The notes under the pieces are model-generated. The model saw only the letters and a program-made list of their open reading frames with translations. It did no database searches and was not told the DNA's origin. From positions 34,435 to 98,434 of the forward strand of contig CAZIEY010000003.1 in assembly GCA_964538855.1 (NCBI GenBank): DNA of 64,000 nucleotides, in the 5' to 3' direction. Of this stretch, positions 19,429 through 29,282 are shown piece after piece (within the stretch, counting starts at the first letter, position 1; the number at the start of each line of letters is the position of its first letter). The translations under genes and the position numbers were made by a program. The DNA is from an uncultured Candidatus Saccharibacteria bacterium. GTDB taxonomy: Bacteria > Patescibacteriota > Minisyncoccia > Phycocordibacterales > JAACPR01.

Positions 19429-20109
19429 ATGATCTATTTCGACAGCGTTACAAAAGTTTATAATGATAACACTAAAGCTCTCGAAAACGTCAGCTTTAAA
19501 ATTGCGCCGCATGAATTCGTTTCTATTGTCGGACATTCTGGTGCTGGAAAAACTTCGCTCATAAAATTATTGCTTGCCGAAGAAAAACCGTCAGAGGGGG
19601 TTGTGTATTTTGAATCTGCTGATGTTCATAAAATGCGCAAGCGCGACATGAAAAAATTGCGTCGCCGTATCGGAACAATTTTTCAGGATTTTCGACTTTT
19701 GCCAAATAAAAATGTGTACGAAAATATTGCGTTTGCGATGGAGGTCGCCGGCCGGACCGATGATGAAATTGCTTCTGATGTCCCGCATGTATTGCAATTG
19801 GTCGGTCTTGAAAACAAGTTTTTGAATTTCCCGCACGAATTATCTGGTGGAGAACAGCAACGTGTCGCTATTGCTCGAGCTATCGTCAATCAACCTGATG
19901 TGATTATTGCTGATGAGCCAACAGGAAACCTTGACCCTGTGAATACCTATGAAATTGTCCAGATTTTGAAAAAAATTAATGACCTCGGTACAACCGTAAT
20001 TCTGACGACTCATAATAAGGGTGTGATCGATGAACTTGGTCGACGTGTAATTGTGATGGATAATGGGCGAGTTATTAATGACGACGCAAGTGGTAAATAT
20101 ACGATATAA
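19429..20109 (+). CDS. ftsE: Cell-division ABC ATPase FtsE
   Basis: Walker A GHSGAGKTS, ABC signature LSGGEQQR, Walker B IIADEPTGNLD. Followed immediately by ftsX. Confidence 0.85.
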   Translation: MIYFDSVTKVYNDNTKALENVSFKIAPHEFVSIVGHSGAGKTSLIKLLLAEEKPSEGVVYFESADVHKMRKRDMKKLRRRIGTIFQDFRLLPNKNVYENIAFAMEVAGRTDDEIASDVPHVLQLVGLENKFLNFPHELSGGEQQRVAIARAIVNQPDVIIADEPTGNLDPVNTYEIVQILKKINDLGTTVILTTHNKGVIDELGRRVIVMDNGRVINDDASGKYTI

Positions 20110-20118
20110 TAAAAACTA

Positions 20119-21042
20119 ATGTTTTTCATCAATTTTAAACGAATAATTAAAACGGGGTTTATGAATTTTTGGCGTAACGGTGTGGTGTCACTTTCGGCAG
20201 TGATGGTGATGTCTGTCACGTTAATAATTATTGCATCAGTAATGTTTACGAGTGCACTTTTGAATCACACGCTCGAAGGGCTCAAGGATAAAGTAGATGT
20301 GAATGTAAATGCACTTCCGACTGCATTCGAGGATGATATTCTCTTGCTGAAAAAGTCACTCGAAAGTTTGCCAGAGGTGGAGAGCGTCGAATATTTGACT
20401 CGTGAACAAGTTCTTGAGAATTATAAAGCTCGTCACGCCGATGACCAGAAAATTCTCTCGGCGCTTGATGAGTTAAATGACAACCCTTTTGGTGCGTCGT
20501 TGAATGTGAAAGCAAAAGATCCAGAACACTATATAAATATTGAAACTTTTTTGAATGAAAATTATCCCGCTAATACCACTGATTCGATTATCGACAATGT
20601 GAATTACGCGAATAAAAAAGTTGCGATCGAAAAACTTAATAAAATTGTTATTGCTGGCGAGCAATTGGGTGCAATTGTAACCTTTGTGTTTATTCTCATT
20701 TCAATTCTCATCACTTTAAACACAATTCGACTCGCTATGTTTATTTCTCGCGATGAAATCAAGGTTATGAATTTGGTTGGTGCCGACAGTAGTTACATTA
20801 GCGGACCGTTTATTATCACGGGTGCGATGTATGGATTATTTTCAGCAATTTTTGTGCTCGCACTACTATACCCGATTACGTATTGGATTGGTCCGAAAAT
20901 TTCCGAAGCTTTCTTTGATATGAATGTCTTCAGTTACTATCTAGTAAACTTCGGACAGATGTTTTCTGTGATTTTGAGTGCCGGAATCATCATTGGTTCC
21001 ATCTCAAGTTTTCTCGCTGTTAATAGGTATATCAAAAAATAA
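20119..21042 (+). CDS. ftsX: Cell-division permease-like protein FtsX
   Basis: Four-TM topology with a large first extracytoplasmic loop; position directly after ftsE. Confidence 0.8.
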   Translation: MFFINFKRIIKTGFMNFWRNGVVSLSAVMVMSVTLIIIASVMFTSALLNHTLEGLKDKVDVNVNALPTAFEDDILLLKKSLESLPEVESVEYLTREQVLENYKARHADDQKILSALDELNDNPFGASLNVKAKDPEHYINIETFLNENYPANTTDSIIDNVNYANKKVAIEKLNKIVIAGEQLGAIVTFVFILISILITLNTIRLAMFISRDEIKVMNLVGADSSYISGPFIITGAMYGLFSAIFVLALLYPITYWIGPKISEAFFDMNVFSYYLVNFGQMFSVILSAGIIIGSISSFLAVNRYIKK

Positions 21043-21054
21043 AAAATTACTGTC

Positions 21055-22707
21055 ATGCCCTCGAAGAAAAGAAAGAATCACAAATATATTTTCGTAACAG
21101 GAGGAGTAATGTCTGGCGTTGGTAAAGGAATCACAACCGCATCGATTGGGACAATTTTGCAGTCGATGGGGTATAAAGTTAATTTGTCGAAAGTCGATCC
21201 ATATTTGAACGTGGATGCCGGCACCATGAACCCAACAGAGCACGGTGAAGTATTCGTGATGAATTCTGGTCTCGAAACAGATCAAGACATGGGGAATTAC
21301 GAGCGATTTTTGAACAAAGATTTGACCGAGTCTGATTACATGACAAGCGGTATGGTGTATAAACACATCATCGACAAAGAACGCAATTTGGGTTTCGGTG
21401 GTAAATGTATTGAAGCAATTCCTGATGTGCGTGACGAAATTATTACGCGATATGAAAAGGCGGCACAGGACAGTGAATCTGATGTGTCGATCGTAGAAAT
21501 TGGCGGAACTATTGGTGATTATCAAAACGCTTTGTTTATGGAAGCAGCGCGTGTGCTCAAGGTGCGTTTTCCGCGTGACGTGATTTTCATTATGGTGTCA
21601 TATTTGCCGGTTCCAGGAGCGCTTGGCGAAATGAAGACTCGACCGACACAAAACGCGGTGCGACAATTAAACTCATACGGAATTCATGCGGATTTTTTGA
21701 TTGCTCGCAGCCACGTTGCAATTGATGATAAGCGCAAAGAAAAGCTCGCGATAAATTGTAACGTTCCAAAAGAGCACGTCATTTCTGCGCCTGATATCGA
21801 AAGTATTTATGAAGTACCTCTCAATTTTGAAAAAGATCACATTGGAGTGCTCATCACGGCCGCGCTCGGTCTGCGCAGCAAAAAGCCAGACATGAAAAAG
21901 TGGGCGAAATTTGTAAAAAGCCGCGCGACTGCCGAAAAGAAAATTAAAATCGCGGTGGTCGGGAAATACTTTGATACTGGTAGTTTCGTGCTTGCCGATT
22001 CGTATTACTCTGTCATCGAGGCCATTAAATATTCTGCGTACGCACACGGTGCAAAGCCAGAATTAATGTGGGTGAATTCAAAGATTTTCGACAAGGATCC
22101 AAAAAGCGTTGCGACTGAATTGGCCGGCGTCGACGGTATTATTGTGCCAGGAGGTTTTGGTGAAAAGGGAATCGAAGGTAAAATTGCTGTGATTAAATAT
22201 GCACGTGAAAATAAAATTCCATATTTCGGTTTGTGTTACGGTATGCAATTGTTAGTGATTGAATACGCGCGAAATGTGCTTGGTATCAAAGACGCGAATA
22301 CCGCAGAAATTACTCCGAACGGCAAAAATAATGTTATCGACATTATGCCAGAGCAAAAGAAATTAATCGCCGAGAAAAAAATGGGTGGTTCGATGCGACT
22401 CGGCTCATATAGATGTGTGCTTGGTCCCGGTACAATTGCTCGCGACGCGTACGGAGCAGCCGAAATTATCGAACGTCACCGACATCGATACGAAGTAAAT
22501 CCTGATTATGTCGAGAAACTGAAATCAGCAGGTCTTGTGTTTTCTGGAACTTCTCCAGATGGCCGTCTCATGGAAATCGCCGAAATCCCGCGCAATGTAC
22601 ACCCATTCATGCTCGGTACACAATTCCACCCAGAATTTTTGGCACGACCTCTCGCGCCTCACCCGTTGTTTAGTGAGTTTGTGAAGGTGATTTTGGGGGA
22701 GAAGTAA
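21055..22707 (+). CDS. pyrG: CTP synthase
   Basis: N-terminal 'KYIFVTGGVMSGVGKGITTASIG' and the C-terminal glutamine amidotransferase 'GLCYGMQL'. 550 aa. Confidence 0.9.
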   Translation: MPSKKRKNHKYIFVTGGVMSGVGKGITTASIGTILQSMGYKVNLSKVDPYLNVDAGTMNPTEHGEVFVMNSGLETDQDMGNYERFLNKDLTESDYMTSGMVYKHIIDKERNLGFGGKCIEAIPDVRDEIITRYEKAAQDSESDVSIVEIGGTIGDYQNALFMEAARVLKVRFPRDVIFIMVSYLPVPGALGEMKTRPTQNAVRQLNSYGIHADFLIARSHVAIDDKRKEKLAINCNVPKEHVISAPDIESIYEVPLNFEKDHIGVLITAALGLRSKKPDMKKWAKFVKSRATAEKKIKIAVVGKYFDTGSFVLADSYYSVIEAIKYSAYAHGAKPELMWVNSKIFDKDPKSVATELAGVDGIIVPGGFGEKGIEGKIAVIKYARENKIPYFGLCYGMQLLVIEYARNVLGIKDANTAEITPNGKNNVIDIMPEQKKLIAEKKMGGSMRLGSYRCVLGPGTIARDAYGAAEIIERHRHRYEVNPDYVEKLKSAGLVFSGTSPDGRLMEIAEIPRNVHPFMLGTQFHPEFLARPLAPHPLFSEFVKVILGEK

Positions 22708-22712
22708 AAAAA

Positions 22713-23876
22713 ATGAAAATCAAACTCGAATTTCCAAAAAACTTTTTGTGGGGTAGTGGCTCTTCGGCTCATCAGGTTGAGGGTGGTATTGAAAATTGTG
22801 ATTGGGCAGAATACGCACGAATGGGAAAATTACCATCGGCAGATGAATTTACACCAGACCACTACAATCGTTTTGAAGAAGATTTTGATTTGGCTAAGTC
22901 ACTTGGTCACAACAGTCACCGCTTTTCAATCGAGTGGGCTCGCATCGAACCAGAAGAGGGGAAATTCAATCTCGCTGAGATCGAACACTATAGAAAAGTT
23001 TTGCTCGCACTTCGGGCTCGTGGTATTACACCACTTGTGACGTTGTGGCATTTCACATTGCCACTCTGGTTTTCACATCGGGGAGGTTTTAAACATAAAG
23101 ATTCTCCCAAAGTTTTTGCTCGATATTGTGCATTTGTCGCGAACCAATTAAAAGATTTGTGTGAAATTGTTGCGACTATTAACGAACCTATTGTATTTGC
23201 AAACAACGGGTACATTCGCGGTTTTTGGCCTCCATTTAAGAAAGATCCCTTTACATTTATGCGTGTTGTAAAAAATTTAATTCGCGGGCACAATGAAGCA
23301 TATACCGAAATTAAAAAACTCGCTCCACATTTAAATGTCGGTGTAGTGAAAGATAATATTTATTTTACTTCAAACAAAAATCCTTTTAATATCATTCTTA
23401 AAAAATTCTGCCACTGGTTTTGGAATCACTATTTTTTGGATCGTACCTACAAAAAATGTGATCACATTGGTCTCAATTATTATTTTCACACACACTTTGG
23501 CCCAAGCCTCGGCTTTCCTAAAAATGATATGGGGTGGAATATCGATGCAGAAGGGATTTATCACATGCTTGTTGATTTAAAGCGGTACAATATGCCGCTC
23601 TATGTGACCGAAGCCGGCATTCCAGATCGAACAGATGAAAAACGCGCTGACTATATTAAACAGTTGGTAAATTGGACTCATAGAGCCATCGTTGACGGAG
23701 CAGATATTCACGGATTTATGTATTGGTCGCTGACCGATAATTACGAACTCGCACACGGTTACACACAAGAGTTCGGTTTAATTCATATTGATCATACCAC
23801 TCGCGCTCGTATCATCCGCCCATCCGCGCTTGTCTATAAAACCATTTGTGAATCGAACGCTTTGACGATAGAATAG
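22713..23876 (+). CDS. Glycoside hydrolase family 1 (beta-glucosidase / 6-phospho-beta-glucosidase-like)
   Basis: 'FPKNFLWGSGSSAHQVEGG', the 'TINEP' acid/base and 'YVTEAGIPD' nucleophile regions. Confidence 0.8.
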   Translation: MKIKLEFPKNFLWGSGSSAHQVEGGIENCDWAEYARMGKLPSADEFTPDHYNRFEEDFDLAKSLGHNSHRFSIEWARIEPEEGKFNLAEIEHYRKVLLALRARGITPLVTLWHFTLPLWFSHRGGFKHKDSPKVFARYCAFVANQLKDLCEIVATINEPIVFANNGYIRGFWPPFKKDPFTFMRVVKNLIRGHNEAYTEIKKLAPHLNVGVVKDNIYFTSNKNPFNIILKKFCHWFWNHYFLDRTYKKCDHIGLNYYFHTHFGPSLGFPKNDMGWNIDAEGIYHMLVDLKRYNMPLYVTEAGIPDRTDEKRADYIKQLVNWTHRAIVDGADIHGFMYWSLTDNYELAHGYTQEFGLIHIDHTTRARIIRPSALVYKTICESNALTIE

Positions 23877-23881
23877 TGTAC

Positions 23882-24820
23882 ATGGAAGTCTGGCTCATAC
23901 TCGCAATCGCCGCGCAATTTATTTACGCTCTTGTTGCGGTCTTTGATAAATATTTGGTGACGTCAAAAACGGTGCTGCATCCGTTCTCTTATGCATTTTA
24001 CGTTTCGATTTTGTCGGCGTTTTCTGTGGGGATTTTCTTTTTCGATTGGGTCAAGTTGCCATTCGGGATTGTAATTCCGTCTTTCTCGGATTTAATGATG
24101 CCGAGCGTGGCCGTCGTTGGTCTATCGCTTCTTTCGGGGATGGCGATGTTTGTTGCACTCGTGAATTTGTTTGAAGGTCTCTCCAAATCCGACGCATCTG
24201 ACGTGGTTCCGGTCGTGACATCAATTTCTGCAATGGCGACACTGGCATTTGAATTTCTTTTTTTAGAAGGAGTTTTCAACGGCCAAAAGTTGCTCGGTTT
24301 TTTCTTGCTCGCAGCGGGGACCGTGCTTGTGTCTCATCTCAAATTTGATCGAGTGGTCATTTTTCACACGTTCATGTCAGGTGCGATGTTTGCGGTGTAT
24401 TACACATTACTTAAATTCGTATTTAATGTAACGAATTTCGACAGTGGATTTTTGTACACTCGAATTGGTTTGGTTATTGCAGCACTCGCGGTCATTGCCT
24501 TTCCTTCATATCGAACCCGTATTTTCAGAAAGTTGCAAAATCGTCCTGTATCAAAACGCAAAGCTGGCGCATATGTGCTTGCAACAAAAACTTTGGCGGG
24601 GATTGCCTCGATCATGACATTGAAAGCCGTTCAGCTCGGTTCGGTCGCGGTCGTGCAGGCGATTGCAGGTGTACAATTTTTGCTTCTCATTGTATTCAGC
24701 GCGGTGTTTGGAAAAATCGTTCATGAACATTTCGGTGAAAAAGCTGCGCCTGTCGATATTATTCATAAAGGTGTCGCTGCAACTATTATTGCGCTCGGAC
24801 TTTTTGTGATGTTTACGTAA
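23882..24820 (+). CDS. Polytopic membrane protein (~10 TM), possibly a DMT/EamA-like transporter
   Basis: Hydrophobicity pattern only. Lies between two glycoside hydrolase genes. Confidence 0.45.
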   Translation: MEVWLILAIAAQFIYALVAVFDKYLVTSKTVLHPFSYAFYVSILSAFSVGIFFFDWVKLPFGIVIPSFSDLMMPSVAVVGLSLLSGMAMFVALVNLFEGLSKSDASDVVPVVTSISAMATLAFEFLFLEGVFNGQKLLGFFLLAAGTVLVSHLKFDRVVIFHTFMSGAMFAVYYTLLKFVFNVTNFDSGFLYTRIGLVIAALAVIAFPSYRTRIFRKLQNRPVSKRKAGAYVLATKTLAGIASIMTLKAVQLGSVAVVQAIAGVQFLLLIVFSAVFGKIVHEHFGEKAAPVDIIHKGVAATIIALGLFVMFT

Positions 24821-24823
24821 TAT

Positions 24824-25825
24824 ATGATTCGCAAAATCTTCAAATTTATTTTTTGGATACTTGTCGTCATTTTAGTCGCACTTTTTATTTTGAGCATGGA
24901 AAAGAAGCCCGATACAATTGACTATGGTATGTCGTTTAATGTGCCGTATGCTCAGGAACTCGGCCTCGATTGGAAGGAAACATACATTGCGATTTTGGAT
25001 GATCTAGCCGTACAGCGTGTGCGTCTCGCGGGGCAGTGGAATTTGATTGAGCCGAAAAAAGACAAGTTCGATTTTTCTGTGCTCGATTATCAATTAGAGG
25101 AAGCGCAAAAGCGCGATGTCGAAGTTATTTTGTCGATTGGTCGCCGAACTCCGCGATGGCCAGAATGTCACACACCAGAATGGGCGCGTGATTTTATCGC
25201 ACAGGAATGGCAAGCAGAAATTACCGAATATCTGACCGCAATGGTGAATCGTTACAAAAAATACGACAATATAAAATATTGGCAAGTTGAAAACGAGCCG
25301 TTCCTGAACGCATTTGCGAACGAACATTGTGGCGACCTCGATGTGGCATTTTTGGACAAAGAAATCGCGCTTGTCCGAGAGCTTGATCCAAGCCGACCAA
25401 TTTTAATTACTGACAGCGGAAATCTCGGCACGTGGGTGGGACCATATAAACGAGGCGACGCGTTCGGCACATCCGTCTACATCTATTTCTGGAATCCCGA
25501 AATCGGAAAGTTCCGCACCATTTTGCCACCAGCATTTTATCGAGCCAAAGCAAACCTAATGTCGCTCTTGTTTGGCAAAAAAGAAACATTTTTGATCGAG
25601 CTTTCTCTCGAGCCGTGGCTCATCGAATCGGTGCCGAACGTGCCGATTGAAACGCAGTTGGAACGCATGGACCTCGACCGCATCAAAGAAATTTTGGAGT
25701 ACGCAGAAAATACTCGCTTCGAACAACAATATTTGTGGGGCGCTGAATGGTGGTATTGGATGAAACAACACGGTCATGGAGAGTTTTGGGATTTTGGGAA
25801 GGAGGTGTTTAAGGGAGGGGAATAA
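24824..25825 (+). CDS. Clan GH-A glycoside hydrolase (GH5-like), N-terminally membrane-anchored
   Basis: 'YWQVENEP' acid/base motif. N-terminal TM. Confidence 0.55.
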   Translation: MIRKIFKFIFWILVVILVALFILSMEKKPDTIDYGMSFNVPYAQELGLDWKETYIAILDDLAVQRVRLAGQWNLIEPKKDKFDFSVLDYQLEEAQKRDVEVILSIGRRTPRWPECHTPEWARDFIAQEWQAEITEYLTAMVNRYKKYDNIKYWQVENEPFLNAFANEHCGDLDVAFLDKEIALVRELDPSRPILITDSGNLGTWVGPYKRGDAFGTSVYIYFWNPEIGKFRTILPPAFYRAKANLMSLLFGKKETFLIELSLEPWLIESVPNVPIETQLERMDLDRIKEILEYAENTRFEQQYLWGAEWWYWMKQHGHGEFWDFGKEVFKGGE

Positions 25826-25848
25826 TTAATGGAATGTCTAGATGCTAT

Positions 25849-25876
25849 TTGACTTTCTCAATGGTAAGTGTATAAT
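25849..25876 (+). promoter_or_regulatory. Strong sigma70-like promoter
   Basis: TTGACT, 16-bp spacer, TATAAT. Confidence 0.55.
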
Positions 25877-25882
25877 ATATTA

Positions 25883-26013
25883 GCAATGGTTACTAGAAAT
25901 ACATGGTACACATATTATCAAATGAACGCGGCAGGGCCGTCGGTGTTTGCATAATATATAATCTGTATTATATAAATAACTGACTCGAAAAGCCCTGCGA
26001 ACGCGGGGTTTTT
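25883..26013 (+). ncRNA. Candidate ~130-nt small RNA or terminated leader (contains a 22-codon ORF)
   Basis: Bounded by the promoter above and an intrinsic terminator (ccctgc-gaac-gcgggg + T5 at 25993-26013). It holds only a 22-codon ORF (ATG at 25886, MVTRNTWYTYYQMNAAGPSVFA). Confidence 0.3.
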
Positions 26014-26025
26014 CATTAGTGATTG

Positions 26026-26080
26026 CTATATATTTTGTACTTTTCAAAATATATAGCAGTCTCGAATGGTTCGAGACTGC
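26026..26080 (+). promoter_or_regulatory. Two adjacent perfect 11-bp-arm palindromes immediately upstream of the SD of the 26098 gene
   Basis: ctatatatttt-N9-aaaatatatag (26026-26056) and gcagtctcgaa-tgg-ttcgagactgc (26056-26080), then GGAGG at 26087-26091. Confidence 0.5.
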
Positions 26081-26097
26081 AAAACTGGAGGTGTGTC

Positions 26098-26439
26098 ATG
26101 GCTGGATTTATCTCGAAAAAACAGATGGTGTGTCTTCAATTAGTGGAGGGCGCTTTGAGCATTCTCCACAATCAATCGGTTCGATTTGAGAGTATCAACT
26201 TTCGTTCGAGAACTGGTGATGTTGTGATCAGTGGTCAGGTCCAATCTCTGACCATTACGAAATATGATTTCGACTGTGTTGAATTCAGTATGTGCGGCGA
26301 ATTCTTCTCGGTGCATCATGAATTCGGCGTGAAGGATGCGCCAATTACGATTTTCCGAGGGAGAAGCCGCGCAGCCGGTTTCACTGGAACAGTGGTGACG
26401 ACCATCACTGGTCGAACACCGATAATCAGTCAGTCGTAA
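26098..26439 (+). CDS. Hypothetical 113-aa protein
   Basis: GGAGG SD 6 nt upstream; clean terminator downstream. No recognisable domain. Confidence 0.45.
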   Translation: MAGFISKKQMVCLQLVEGALSILHNQSVRFESINFRSRTGDVVISGQVQSLTITKYDFDCVEFSMCGEFFSVHHEFGVKDAPITIFRGRSRAAGFTGTVVTTITGRTPIISQS

Positions 26440-26462
26440 AACCCCACCTTATCAACCAGGAG

Positions 26463-26493
26463 ACCCCGGTAGAAAGGTCGGGGTTTTCTTTTT
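26463..26493 (+). terminator. Rho-independent terminator
   Basis: accccg-N10-cggggt followed by TTTCTTTTT. Confidence 0.6.
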
Positions 26494-26545
26494 ATACAAC
26501 TTAATTTCCTCATTTTTATTTTTTAAATCTTGATATAATATAGAC

Positions 26546-27358
26546 ATGTATTTCGCATGCGACATCGGGGGGACACAAATGAGAATTGCCAAGTCAGATG
26601 ATTTGGTGAAATTCGACGAGCCGTGGATCGAAGCGACACCAGCGCGTCCTGCTGATGGCATTCAACTTTTGATAGAAACAATTAAACGCATGTCTGGAGG
26701 TAAACGCATCGGCGCTATTGCGATTGGTATTGCAGGTGTGTTAAACGAAGGCCACGGTATGTTGATTAAATCTCCGCACTTGTCTGCGTGGGAAAAAATT
26801 CCGCTCAAGGAAAAATTAGAAAAAGCGCTCGACACGCACGTCTTCATTGAAAATGATACGGCGATTGTTGGACTTGGCGAAGCAACCGCTGGTGCAGGGC
26901 GAGGATATCGCGACGTTGTCTACATCACAATTTCGACAGGAATCGGCGGAGTGAAAATTGTTGATGGGGAATTTACTCACAATAAATACGGATTCGAACC
27001 GGGTCATCAAATTTTAAATAATGAAACGGGCGCAACATTCGAAGATCTCTGTTCTGGCACTGCTGTTGAAAAGAAATTCGGCATGGCTCCCAAAAAAGTT
27101 GCACAGACCGACGCATGGGATGAAATCGAAACAAATGCAGTGATTGGTCTCTATAATTCTGTGCTGCACTGGTCGCCTGATGTGGTGGTGCTTGGAGGAT
27201 CGATGTCGCGCGATTTCAAGGCAGAACGCATTCAGAAAAAACTTGGCGTCATTATGAAAATTCATCCAAAATTGCCGGATATTAAAATCGCAGAGCTTGG
27301 TTCAATCGGCGGTGTGCACGGTGGATTTGCATTTTTGCGAAAGCAGTTTGAGAAATAG
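26546..27358 (+). CDS. ROK/BadF-type sugar kinase (glucokinase-like), lacking the ROK Zn-Cys motif
   Basis: N-terminal ATPase motif 'ACDIGGTQMRIA', 'ITISTGIGGVKIV', 'GFEPGHQ'. Confidence 0.6.
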   Translation: MYFACDIGGTQMRIAKSDDLVKFDEPWIEATPARPADGIQLLIETIKRMSGGKRIGAIAIGIAGVLNEGHGMLIKSPHLSAWEKIPLKEKLEKALDTHVFIENDTAIVGLGEATAGAGRGYRDVVYITISTGIGGVKIVDGEFTHNKYGFEPGHQILNNETGATFEDLCSGTAVEKKFGMAPKKVAQTDAWDEIETNAVIGLYNSVLHWSPDVVVLGGSMSRDFKAERIQKKLGVIMKIHPKLPDIKIAELGSIGGVHGGFAFLRKQFEK

Positions 27359-27361
27359 ATT

Positions 27362-28321
27362 ATGAAATATTTCGCGTACATTGTAAGTATCGCGGCTCTC
27401 GTCGTATTTGGTTTTTCTACCGTCTACGCGCCCATGTTTGAGTGGCAGCGCGATTTGGTCGAGGAACTTGCGCCTGCGCGTGACACACGGTTGCTTTTTG
27501 TTGGTGATATTATGCTTGATCGATCGCTTCGTAATCGTGCGGAGCGTGAGTCAGAAGGGTACGCCACTTTTTTCGCTTGTGCTTCTTCGACATTTTCCAT
27601 GTACGACATTGTAGTTGCGAATTTAGAAGGACCTGTTACTACTTTTCCGTCGGTCAGTCGCCATAGCCTGATTAACACCCCAGAAAGTTTTCAGTTCACT
27701 ATGTCGCCAGATATTTTGCCGGTGTTGCGCGAGGCGGGCATCGACGCAGTCGGAGTCGCGAATAATCACATTTATGACTTTGGTCGCAAGGGTTTGGAAA
27801 TGACACGCGAACTTGTGCCAGCGTCTGGGCTTGGATATTTTGGCGATCCAGCGAGCGATATTTATAAATCAGTCACGCTTCAGACGGAACATCAGGCAGT
27901 GCATCTTGTGTCGTTTAATGAATTTGTCGGAACGAATGCAGAAGCACTCGAAACAACGCTCGGTGAGATTGCACAATTCGCAAACTCGCCAGAACCTGTG
28001 ATTGTGTTTGCTCATTGGGGAAATGAATATGTGCCCGCAACTGATCGAGTTAAAAAATGGGCTCGCCAATTTATTGACGCTGGTGCCGACGCTGTGATTG
28101 GTCACCATCCGCATGTCGTCCAAGAAACCGAATATTATAAAGGAACTTTTATCGCGTATTCACTCGGGAATTTTGTGTTTGATCAGTATTTTGACGCCGA
28201 AGTTCGCAAAGGTGGTGCAGCAGAACTCGTTATTCGCGATGGTAGAATTTCTGAATCGCGACTTTTACCGGTGACGCTCGACGAAAAACGGAGGCCTTGC
28301 ATAGGGGATGTTGCTTTGTAA
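27362..28321 (+). CDS. CapA/PgsA-family metallophosphatase-like protein
   Basis: 'LLFVGDIMLDRSLRN' and 'GADAVIGHHPHVVQ' are typical of the CapA family. N-terminal TM. Confidence 0.65.
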   Translation: MKYFAYIVSIAALVVFGFSTVYAPMFEWQRDLVEELAPARDTRLLFVGDIMLDRSLRNRAERESEGYATFFACASSTFSMYDIVVANLEGPVTTFPSVSRHSLINTPESFQFTMSPDILPVLREAGIDAVGVANNHIYDFGRKGLEMTRELVPASGLGYFGDPASDIYKSVTLQTEHQAVHLVSFNEFVGTNAEALETTLGEIAQFANSPEPVIVFAHWGNEYVPATDRVKKWARQFIDAGADAVIGHHPHVVQETEYYKGTFIAYSLGNFVFDQYFDAEVRKGGAAELVIRDGRISESRLLPVTLDEKRRPCIGDVAL

Positions 28322-28365
28322 AACCACCTAATTTATGCTAAAAATAAGCCTATTGCGATCATAGC

Positions 28366-28436
28366 TGCCCGATCGTCTAAAGGTAGGACAACGGTTTCTG
28401 GAACCGTTAATTGGGGTTCGAGTCCCTGTCGGGCAA
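28366..28436 (+). tRNA. tRNA-Gln (CTG)
   Basis: Acceptor tgcccga/tcgggca (U1-A72 as in bacterial tRNA-Gln), anticodon loop TTCTGGA, T-loop GGTTCGAGTCC, no CCA. The D-stem is short. Confidence 0.7.
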
Positions 28437-28506
28437 CAACAATCTGTTATATACTAAACTTAACCCCTAAGAAATATCACCAACAAATCTTGTTAATTAA
28501 AAAAAC

Positions 28507-29058
28507 ATGGAACCACGTATCGAAAAATTACCACAGTTCAATATAGAATTACCGCAACCTGGTGATGAAATTGCATTAGCACCAATGCATGTACAGGCTT
28601 GGAAAGAGTCGTATGTAAGTGAAGCGTCTGGTATGACTGATGCCGACGTTGACGAAATGATGGTAGGTAGATTAAAGAATACTGACTATAGAAGAAATAC
28701 AATCATTGAATCCCTCGAAAAACCGGACCAGGTTTTATATAGGGTAGTTAAAAATGCCGAGGGTAAAATTGTTGGATTTTTGCACGGCTCAAAAGATAGT
28801 GATTTCAATAGATTTGATGCTATCTATTTGCTTAATGAAGCAAAAGGTACTGGTGTGGGAGGTAAACTTATGCAGGAATTTTTAGCTTGGGCAGATAAAA
28901 GTAAACCGAGTCATCTGGAAGTGTTTTCTTTTAATACTCATGCGATTGAATATTATGAACGATACGGATTCGTGAAAACTAACAAACCTGAACAGTTATA
29001 TAAAAATAGATTTCCTTTTATTGAAATGGTGCGGCCCGCAGAAGAATTAACACAATAA
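28507..29058 (+). CDS. GNAT-family N-acetyltransferase
   Basis: Acetyl-CoA-binding-like 'EAKGTGVGGKLMQEF' and a C-terminal 'YYERYGFV'. Confidence 0.6.
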   Translation: MEPRIEKLPQFNIELPQPGDEIALAPMHVQAWKESYVSEASGMTDADVDEMMVGRLKNTDYRRNTIIESLEKPDQVLYRVVKNAEGKIVGFLHGSKDSDFNRFDAIYLLNEAKGTGVGGKLMQEFLAWADKSKPSHLEVFSFNTHAIEYYERYGFVKTNKPEQLYKNRFPFIEMVRPAEELTQ

Positions 29059-29178
29059 TTACAACACCCCTCGTCGCTTCACATGCCTCGCATATACTAA
29101 ACAAGCGGTTACGACAGCACTCATCCATTTAGAGAACGCACATTTGTTTAAGGAATAAAAATCATCCTAAGAACTACA

Positions 29179-29207
29179 TTGACCTTATTCCGTCTCGGAG
29201 TTAGTAT
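29179..29207 (+). promoter_or_regulatory. Sigma70-like promoter upstream of the antiporter gene
   Basis: TTGACC, 17 bp, TAGTAT. A second TGTATAAT lies at 29208-29215. Confidence 0.45.
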
Positions 29208-29282
29208 TGTATAATCGTTGCAAAAGACTCCTTTTTAGGTGGAATTGATGTCTTTTTGCCTTTTTGTGACGAATTAATAATA

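Noticed and set aside
21004-21525. 173-codon ORF antisense to pyrG
   Set aside because: It lies entirely within the well-supported CTP synthase gene on the other strand and has no supporting signals.
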